From IMG/VR virus record IMGVR_UViG_3300017432_000006, positions 8,857 through 72,856 of that record: 64,000 nt of DNA; one strand, given 5' to 3'. Source of the DNA: a virus. Lineage: Duplodnaviria; Caudoviricetes. A model generated the notes under the pieces. The model was not told the DNA's origin. It did not search any database and worked only from the letters and a program-made list of their open reading frames with translations. Position numbers and translations under genes: made by a program. Of the stretch, positions 57,269-63,365 are shown piece by piece (position 1 is the first letter of the stretch; each line of letters opens with the position of its first letter).

Positions 57269-57418
57269 TCACTTCCTGCGCTTGTAGTAATCGGGATCGC
57301 CGGTAATATAGGTGCCAGTGTGAATGATGATCTGTCCGTTAGCGTCAGTCACCTTAATGTGGTCGGGAAGCATCTTGTCTAGAACACGAATCATCTTGAC
57401 AGTGAATAGTGGTCGCAT
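57269..57418 (-). CDS. Early protein (49 aa)
   Basis: Open frame filling the gap between neighbours. Confidence 0.5.
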   Translation of the reverse strand: MRPLFTVKMIRVLDKMLPDHIKVTDANGQIIIHTGTYITGDPDYYKRRK

Positions 57419-57494
57419 AAGCATTCCCAATGGGTCGGGCGGGGGACACTAACTATCGCATCCCCCGCCATTGGTTGTCAACCCAGGAATGTAT

Positions 57495-57782
57495 TCAGTA
57501 AATCTTTCCCTGATGCTTAGAAGTAGTAACCGAATACTTTACAGGCGGCTTAACCTCAGTACCATCAGAAAGCACCCAAGCAATCGGCGTGCCGTAAGAG
57601 AGAACAGTGTAAACAATGTCATTTCGCTGCGCCCGGTACTGAGTAGCGTACTCACTAGGCATACGCCCGGAATCCCAATAGGCACCAGCCATAGCAGAAA
57701 GCGCACCGTGCGTGTCGAAAGGAATTCGCTTACGCCAGGAATCGGTAACATCAAAGGAGCGGGAGGAAATCTTAGCAGCCAT
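57495..57782 (-). CDS. Conserved phage protein (95 aa)
   Basis: Y.V.SYGTPIAW......KYS.TTSKHQ pattern; RBS AAAGGA. Confidence 0.7.
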   Translation of the reverse strand: MAAKISSRSFDVTDSWRKRIPFDTHGALSAMAGAYWDSGRMPSEYATQYRAQRNDIVYTVLSYGTPIAWVLSDGTEVKPPVKYSVTTSKHQGKIY

Positions 57783-57850
57783 TGTCGTTATCCTTTGTGA
57801 GTGATTGGTGCGGGATGATGTGTCAAGCGTATGTGTTGCGGCACTACTTG

Positions 57851-58144
57851 TCAAGCCGAGACGTTATCGGAAATCCACTCAGAACGAACATCGGAATCGT
57901 CGGAATTGTAAATGTCAAAGGGCATTTCTACCTCAGTGAAATTACCGTCAGTGTAATCGCTAAACCCCACCCGATAAGCAATAGGGTCCATTTCCTCAAG
58001 CACCCGCGCGGGATCAAAAGAACAGCCCGCGACATTGACCATCGGATAACACTCATTCAGCATATCCCGGTAAAGGTCATCCATTTCATCCTGAGTGTAA
58101 ACCGTATCATCGGTGACATAAACGGTGATGGTGCCGGAAGCCAT
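57851..58144 (-). CDS. Acidic conserved phage protein (97 aa)
   Basis: ML.ECYP.V.VAG..F..A.VL.E.DP.AY pattern. Confidence 0.7.
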   Translation of the reverse strand: MASGTITVYVTDDTVYTQDEMDDLYRDMLNECYPMVNVAGCSFDPARVLEEMDPIAYRVGFSDYTDGNFTEVEMPFDIYNSDDSDVRSEWISDNVSA

Positions 58145-58205
58145 TGCGATATCCTTTGTTCGGTTCGGGATGATGGTAAGAGTCTAGCCTATAGAACCGC
58201 GCGGG

Positions 58206-58487
58206 TCAAATCGTGGGGGAAATCCAGAAATGGTACCCACCAGCAGTCTCGGAAAACTCATTTGCATTCCCGATATTGTGCAGGGCAGTGTGAATGTCAA
58301 GCCAAATCTCGTCAGAAGTGATATCCATTCCATCATTCCAGCGAGGGTCACTGTCATTCTGAGAATCACCATCCCAGAAGTGATCAACAATACCAACGAG
58401 ATGTGCCACGGCATCCTCGAAAGAATCGAAAGTCTCCGGGTCATTCTCAGGAAGATAACCGGGCATGTTGTAACCGGCAGTGAACAT
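58206..58487 (-). CDS. Acidic hypothetical protein (93 aa)
   Basis: RBS AAGGAG before ATG 58487; AG.NMPGYLPE. Confidence 0.65.
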   Translation of the reverse strand: MFTAGYNMPGYLPENDPETFDSFEDAVAHLVGIVDHFWDGDSQNDSDPRWNDGMDITSDEIWLDIHTALHNIGNANEFSETAGGYHFWISPTI

Positions 58488-58780
58488 ATCAATTCTCCTT
58501 GAATGGGGACGGACGGTTAGCCAATTGACGGAACCGATAGGTGCGCGGGTGAATGATTCGGTTAAACAATCTCCTAAGCATTGACTTCCAATCGTCGGGG
58601 GATAATGCATTGTGAATGTGGTCCGTCCGGTTGATTCCGGTTCTTTGGGATTTGATAGTCCCAATGTGTTATCCGCTTATCGCGGGAATACACCAACGGA
58701 TACTAAGCCAGTGACAACCGAAACCGATTGTCGTTATTACTGGCTAGGCAGTTTGAATTCCTACCCAGGAATTGAAGGAA

Positions 58781-59026
58781 TCAGGCTTCCCTCTGCGCCC
58801 GGCGCCATGCCATAAAAGCATCACTCTCCCCATTAGCGATAATCTCGTCAATAAGAGCGTTAATCCGCTCCTTATCCTTTCGCATAGCCTTATCGCGGGA
58901 AACCTCCTCCCACACAGACATTCCGCAAAGACGGAAAGTGAGACAAAGAGCGTGAGAATCGTAAGACTGCTCCAACTTAGCCATACGCTCGAAACGGGCA
59001 ACACTCTCAGCCTTGAAGTCAGTCAT
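58781..59026 (-). CDS. Early protein (81 aa)
   Basis: First gene after promoter 59098. Confidence 0.65.
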   Translation of the reverse strand: MTDFKAESVARFERMAKLEQSYDSHALCLTFRLCGMSVWEEVSRDKAMRKDKERINALIDEIIANGESDAFMAWRRAQREA

Positions 59027-59069
59027 GATTCCCTCTCTCGGGCCGGTATCTCCTGCCCTTGTGACTACA

Positions 59070-59098
59070 ACTATACGCACGGGACGGGGGAGCGTCAA
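59070..59098 (-). promoter_or_regulatory. Early promoter TTGACG-17-TATAGT with a GTGA-N7-GCAC site at 59131-59145
   Basis: Near-consensus hexamers. Confidence 0.8.
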
Positions 59099-59381
59099 GC
59101 CGAAACCCAAGTTTTTTCTGACTACTTTGCGTGACCATGTTGCACGCTCAACTACTTGTCTCGTCACTGAGAGTAACCGTTGAAAGATATCCAGCCATAT
59201 ATGGGTGTGGGTATTCACCACATATGGCTAGGTAACCCCCAACGGGGGAGCATACATTACCCAGGAAGTATGCTAGTTCCATTCCCGCGAATTTGCCGTC
59301 CGATAGATAGGCTCTCAGGAAACGATTCGATGGGATTTGGTATTGCGTCCGCGTGTTAGGTATGCGCGGCCCACCATTGAA

Positions 59382-59726
59382 TCACTCAGCCGCGACCAGC
59401 GCAGGGTTAGCCTGAGCGTACTCGGTAACCGTACCGGTCGCAACCGCCAGGAGAGCAGCGTCCGCGATCTTGCCACGCGCGCCCACCTTAGCGCCAGCGT
59501 CCCGAAGAGCCTGCCGCGCGTCGTCAAGGTTGACCTTGACCGGACGACGCTGACCCTTGACCTTGACGTCAACGGTGGGGATGTGCTCGCCAGCGACGTA
59601 CCGGCGGTCAGCAGGCTTGCCCTTGTTAAAGGCAGCGATGACCTCAGCGGAGAACTTGCCGCGGGTGCCGACGGCCATACCAGCGGCGGCGGCGAAGGAA
59701 CGAACAGCAGCGGGGGAAGCAGACAT
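59382..59726 (-). CDS. lsr2: Lsr2-like protein with two tandem DNA-binding domains
   Basis: VRSFA...G.AVGTRGKF and ARQAL...G.KVGARGKI AT-hook-like RGK motifs. Confidence 0.75.
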   Translation of the reverse strand: MSASPAAVRSFAAAAGMAVGTRGKFSAEVIAAFNKGKPADRRYVAGEHIPTVDVKVKGQRRPVKVNLDDARQALRDAGAKVGARGKIADAALLAVATGTVTEYAQANPALVAAE

Positions 59727-59816
59727 AATCGGTGATCCATTCTGTGTGTGTGGTCGGAAGACTTTTGCAACCGATCCGGTGGTGATGGGTGAAACTCTAC
59801 AACCTGTGGAGCCTGT

Positions 59817-59908
59817 CTGTCAACCCGTAACCCCGGCCCGTTATCGGCCCGTTCATGATCGCTAGCAGGTTTTGGACTATCCTGCCGACCGGGGTTCCTT
59901 GCTGACAA
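59817..59908 (-). ncRNA. Three-way-junction 5' leader RNA, copy B (lsr2 leader)
   Basis: P1 AACCCCGG/CCGGGGUU, P2 GCAGG/CCUGC; same loop and junction motifs as copies A and C. Confidence 0.6.
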
Positions 59909-59913
59909 GAAGA

Positions 59914-59942
59914 ACATTACAGGTGCCGCTAGGTCCGGTCAA
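59914..59942 (-). promoter_or_regulatory. Early promoter TTGACC-17-TAATGT with GTAAC-N6-GTAAC at 59963-59978
   Basis: Near-consensus hexamers. Confidence 0.8.
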
Positions 59943-60034
59943 CCCCAAACACCAAGATTTTGGTAACGGTTGTGTAACGGTCTTGTGTCGTACAGGTGTT
60001 CGATGATTCAAAGTTAAACTACCTGTAAATACAG

Positions 60035-60062
60035 AAATCCCCCGGCAAAAGGCCGGGGGAAT
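60035..60062 (-). terminator. Intrinsic terminator
   Basis: TCCCCCGGC/GCCGGGGGA stem followed by UUU. Confidence 0.7.
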
Positions 60063-60068
60063 CCGTAA

Positions 60069-60245
60069 TCAAACCTCGTTATCCCTTTCAATCCAGTAGT
60101 GAGTATGGGCAACGGCTTCCCGATTAGCCATTCCTTCAAGGGAATAACCGAAAAGCGGACCGCATATCTTACAGGTAAGGAACCACCCATCTAATGCGCC
60201 GGGGCCACTAGCCTTTGTCGGCTTAACATCGACAGTGTGAAGCAA
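60069..60245 (-). CDS. Zn-finger-like early protein (58 aa)
   Basis: RBS AGGAG, TTG start; CKICG...H.H. Confidence 0.55.
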   Translation of the reverse strand: MLHTVDVKPTKASGPGALDGWFLTCKICGPLFGYSLEGMANREAVAHTHYWIERDNEV

Positions 60246-60354
60246 TGTATTCTCCTAAATGATTGATGAATGGGTGGCGGGATTTCATACCCGCTATCTC
60301 TGTGATTCGATCACAGTAAGTTTGTGAAGCATTCGACTCTACCCATTGTGGTAT

Positions 60355-60486
60355 TTAGTTGTCGCGCTTCCATTCACGCTTTTCTTTTGCCTTTTGCGCG
60401 CGCTTTGCCTTTTCGGTCCACCGCTTTGTTACCGGTTTGTCGTGACAAGCGCCGATCTTTGCGCCTAGGCTGTTCATCATTCGCAT
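60355..60486 (-). CDS. Small Lys/Arg-rich protein (43 aa)
   Basis: ..KRWTEKAKRAQKAKEKREWKRDN; paralog-like to 60554..60718. Confidence 0.6.
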   Translation of the reverse strand: MRMMNSLGAKIGACHDKPVTKRWTEKAKRAQKAKEKREWKRDN

Positions 60487-60553
60487 AACGGTATTGTATC
60501 CTAACCGTAGAGGGAATGGGAGGGTAGTTTATTGTCATACCCTAGGACAAAGA

Positions 60554-60718
60554 TTAGTGAATCTCCTTCTTCCACGCACGGTTCTCCCGCGTGCGAGCAA
60601 TTCGCTTGTGCTTCTTCCTGTCCTTCATGGAAAAGCAGCAGTCACAAGCGCGCTTCTTCCCGAAGTGAGCGTGCTCGGAAACCAAAACAGCGTGACGCAT
60701 CATGCGAGCCATAGCCAT
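60554..60718 (-). CDS. Small Lys/Arg-rich protein with CDCC (54 aa)
   Basis: RBS GAGGA; ..KDRKKHKRIARTRENRAWKKEIH. Confidence 0.65.
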   Translation of the reverse strand: MAMARMMRHAVLVSEHAHFGKKRACDCCFSMKDRKKHKRIARTRENRAWKKEIH

Positions 60719-60753
60719 TCCTCACTGTCGGGGGATGATGCCTAACCGTAGCG

Positions 60754-60824
60754 TGTCGGGAGCCGTTATCGGACCGTAGGTGATCGTTAAGGGGTTTTTT
60801 GGTCTGTCCCCTCACTCCCTGACA
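60754..60824 (-). ncRNA. Three-way-junction 5' leader RNA, copy C
   Basis: Close homolog of 56503-56575 with compensatory changes. Confidence 0.65.
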
Positions 60825-60830
60825 AGGAAA

Positions 60831-60859
60831 AACTTACAGGGTCCCGCGCCCGTGGTCAA
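60831..60859 (-). promoter_or_regulatory. Early promoter TTGACC-17-TAAGTT with GTAAC-N6-GTAAC (60869-60884) and two DnaA-like boxes (60889-60908)
   Basis: Near-consensus hexamers; TTCTCCACA and TTTTCCACA. Confidence 0.8.
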
Positions 60860-60918
60860 GCCCAAACGGTAACGAACAGGTAACGAAGTTCTCCACAGGT
60901 TTTCCACAGGTAGTGAAC

Positions 60919-60951
60919 AAAAGAAATCCCCTAGCAGTATCACTAGGGGAT
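60919..60951 (-). terminator. Intrinsic terminator
   Basis: ATCCCCTAG/CTAGGGGAT stem followed by UUCUUUU. Confidence 0.75.
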
Positions 60952-60962
60952 AACGGTAATTC

Positions 60963-61247
60963 TTAGTGCCAATGGCACTTATCAGGACAATTGCCATTCC
61001 AGATATCGACACCAGCCTCAATTCGGAATTCGGTATCCTGAATCACGCAGGGAAAGTTCGTGCCGTTGTTGGGGGAAAGGAAAAGAATTGCCTCCGTAAT
61101 CTCCTTAGCCATAGTGGGATAAGACTCAGCAAGCATTTGAAGGAATTCACAGCACTCATCAAAAGAAAGGCCAATCTTGTGATCGACGTAGTGCTTCCCG
61201 AAAGAGCCAGGAATACGGTAGTAAATACCGGCAGCAAACATCGTCAT
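60963..61247 (-). CDS. Early protein (94 aa)
   Basis: First gene after promoter 61318. Confidence 0.7.
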   Translation of the reverse strand: MTMFAAGIYYRIPGSFGKHYVDHKIGLSFDECCEFLQMLAESYPTMAKEITEAILFLSPNNGTNFPCVIQDTEFRIEAGVDIWNGNCPDKCHWH

Positions 61248-61289
61248 GATTTCCTCTCCCGCCCCGGTCCGTCCGGCGCCGATGAGTCA

Positions 61290-61318
61290 AAGGTAAGGGA
61301 TGGGGGAGCCAGTGTCAA
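61290..61318 (-). promoter_or_regulatory. Early promoter TTGACA-17-TACCTT with a perfect CRP-type site at 61329-61344
   Basis: TGTGA-CGTACA-TCACA. Confidence 0.8.
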
Positions 61319-61379
61319 GCCGAACCGATGTGACGTACATCACACCTGTAGGGGTTGCACCATGGGTTGCCATGCTGTA

Positions 61380-61710
61380 GAGTCGTGCCAACGACAACAG
61401 CACAGAGCACAACGACCGAACCGCCCGAACAGGGCAAATCGGACATTCGGTACAAACCGGGACGGGACGGGCGAACAGCCCAAAACGGACATGCGGGACA
61501 AACCACGCAAACCGGGACGGACGGGGCAAAACGGACATTCCGGGCAAACCGGGGCAAACCCGGACGGGCCGGGCGAACCGGACAAGCCGGGCGCAGAAAC
61601 ATGCTTTTACGAAACCTCGCCTTTACGAAGCGGGACTTTTTCATGGCATTACGAAACCTTTACGATGCTCACCATTTTCATGGGAAAATATAACGATTAC
61701 GTAACCTCAC
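61380..61710. repeat. Repeat-rich non-coding segment: inverted copies of the 49.2-kb iteron plus TTACG(A/T) repeats
   Basis: CAAAWCGGACAT cores within 61432-61446, 61479-61492 and 61524-61538; TTACG repeats across 61606-61710. Confidence 0.75.
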
Positions 61711-61767
61711 GCAAAAGCGTGGGGATTTTTGTGTTGTTTTCGACCTTGAATATGTTATACTTGATGT

Positions 61768-62406
61768 ATGAACAAACAACATAGACTTTATAACAAAGAC
61801 ACAGACGCCATGACTGCATTCTGTATGCTATGTCAAGATACAGTTACGATGCACTACAACAAGCCCAACGACGCATACTACTGTATTAATCGAGTGAGGG
61901 CTTCCGCAGAAAAAGAAAAGGTTCAAGCAAGAGCAAGGTACCACGCCAAAGAAGACACCGGTAAGAAAAAGCATCACAAAATTAGTGAGTTTAGAAGGCA
62001 TAAGGGAAAGGGCTACTGTCTTTCTTGCCGTAAAGAAGTGCAAGTCATTCTTAAGGACGAAAAACTACTTTGTATCAACTACTTTAAGACTGAGCAAGAC
62101 AGAAAGCAGGCATCCCGAAAGCGCGACCAAAATCAAATCAACACTATCAATGCACGACGCAAGGGTGTCAACGTAGACGATTACGATACCACTTACAAAG
62201 ACCTCTTTACGAAGCAGGACGGTGGTTGTGCTATCTGTGGTGCAAAGGAAGTAGCATTGGTTATGGACCACAATCATACTACCGGCGCTGTGCGCGGTTT
62301 GTTATGCCGTCAACACAACGTCGGTTTGGGAATGTTTCAAGACAACCCTGACACACTAGCCAAAGCCATTGAATACCTTACCTCGTTACTGCCCGAACAA
62401 GAGTAA
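61768..62406 (+). CDS. Endonuclease VII-type HNH endonuclease with N-terminal Cys-rich repeats
   Basis: QDGGCAICG..MDHNH.TGAVRGLLC..HN.GLG.FQDN; near-leaderless start after TATACT. Confidence 0.88.
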   Translation: MNKQHRLYNKDTDAMTAFCMLCQDTVTMHYNKPNDAYYCINRVRASAEKEKVQARARYHAKEDTGKKKHHKISEFRRHKGKGYCLSCRKEVQVILKDEKLLCINYFKTEQDRKQASRKRDQNQINTINARRKGVNVDDYDTTYKDLFTKQDGGCAICGAKEVALVMDHNHTTGAVRGLLCRQHNVGLGMFQDNPDTLAKAIEYLTSLLPEQE

Positions 62407-62554
62407 GCACTACGTAGACCACGAAGGCTACTGCAACAGTCAGCATACACCACTGAGCAAGGGTGAGTGTAGCAAAGAACTTGATGATCCACATGACGAA
62501 GAGGATAGCGGCGAGACCACCAATCAGTCCCGCCGCTCCACCTAAGAAGTTCAT
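62378..62554 (-). CDS. Two-TM membrane protein (58 aa)
   Basis: TAATG coupling; hydrophobic. Confidence 0.6.
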   Translation of the reverse strand: MNFLGGAAGLIGGLAAILFVMWIIKFFATLTLAQWCMLTVAVAFVVYVVLTLVRAVTR

Positions 62555-62832
62555 TACGAGACTCTATCATATTCGTTGAGGTAGCCACGAACAAGACTGT
62601 AACCCTGTCGCATTCCTACAGAACTACCCCTTGCTGCTGCAAGATACCCAGCCAGGTAGTCAGCATTATGGCTATCGTGAATGTCAATGCAAGACCTTAC
62701 GGCCTGAACCTTATCACCTAGACGGTCATATTCGGCAGGGTTGTGCTTGAAACCCTCTTGAATATCTTGAAGACTTAGTAGCGCACCATCAAGACGCTTA
62801 CCGAACTCATCTGCATCAAAGGGAATCTTCAT
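62554..62832 (-). CDS. Hypothetical protein (92 aa)
   Basis: TGATG coupling. Confidence 0.65.
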   Translation of the reverse strand: MKIPFDADEFGKRLDGALLSLQDIQEGFKHNPAEYDRLGDKVQAVRSCIDIHDSHNADYLAGYLAAARGSSVGMRQGYSLVRGYLNEYDRVS

Positions 62833-62984
62833 CAGTTGTCCTTGGTCTTGTAGAGAAGGAAGACACCGTAACCGGCGCCAAGCAAAGCGAAGTACATGCT
62901 ATTGGAAAGAAGGACAGCGGTCACCATGATTGCCGCAGCAACAATGAGCGGGGAATCCTTGAAGAACTGCTCTCGGGTAATCAT
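62832..62984 (-). CDS. Two-TM membrane protein (50 aa)
   Basis: TAATG coupling; hydrophobic. Confidence 0.6.
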   Translation of the reverse strand: MITREQFFKDSPLIVAAAIMVTAVLLSNSMYFALLGAGYGVFLLYKTKDN

Positions 62985-63205
62985 TACGAAACCTTCCTAG
63001 GAACCTTGGAGGAAATCTTACCTGGCACTCCGCGCTTAACCCATCCAGTGTGACCACCACAACGGTACAGGTAGTTGCCAGCAGCATTGATCACAGCGTT
63101 GTGAGCGGTGTTGCGGCAGCAATCTGACATAGCAATGCCATCTGGCCGCATAGGGTAAGAGCACTGGACATACAGATCATCCACAGGAATCATTTCAATG
63201 GTCAT
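62984..63205 (-). CDS. Cys/His-rich Zn-binding protein (73 aa)
   Basis: C......CC..A......C.GH pattern. Confidence 0.65.
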   Translation of the reverse strand: MTIEMIPVDDLYVQCSYPMRPDGIAMSDCCRNTAHNAVINAAGNYLYRCGGHTGWVKRGVPGKISSKVPRKVS

Positions 63206-63206
63206 A

Positions 63207-63356
63207 TCAACTCACCACCATCATCGTAATGTCGAATACCATACCGGCATCGATCTTGGACATAAAGGAACTTACGGTACCACCAACAAAACCGCCGACG
63301 ATCATCTTGGCCCGGCCCCGGCGGGGCGGGGTGCAGTTGCAGTCCGTGTGCGTCAT
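63207..63356 (-). CDS. Hypothetical protein (49 aa)
   Basis: Fills the gap; RBS AGGT. Confidence 0.45.
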   Translation of the reverse strand: MTHTDCNCTPPRRGRAKMIVGGFVGGTVSSFMSKIDAGMVFDITMMVVS

Positions 63357-63365
63357 GGGTACAAC

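Larger units (their letters stand above)
48600..60550 (-). repeat. Dispersed array of 15 H-type pseudoknot elements, nearly all directly 3' of a stop codon
   Basis: Copies at 48600-48627, 48822-48850, 49437-49465, 49648-49676, 51110-51137, 51347-51377, 52054-52081, 52894-52921, 53213-53240, 53703-53732, 54410-54442, 55876-55904, 58744-58773, 59228-59274 and 60521-60550; both helices covary. Confidence 0.9.

Noticed and set aside
57450-57495. Additional pseudoknot/promoter copy (CTGGGTTGACA)
   Set aside because: The stem is only 2 bp, the tail pairing is weak, and there is no -10 hexamer at 16-18 bp spacing.
48600-60550. CRISPR array or integron attC array
   Set aside because: The repeats are not identical or evenly spaced, and the intervals are whole genes. 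No cas gene, integrase or RYYYAAC/GTTRRRY cores were seen.
60966-61784. 272-aa plus-strand ORF and other ORFs over 61287-61693
   Set aside because: These are antisense shadows of a real gene plus stop-poor GC-rich repeats; no RBS and low-complexity translations.
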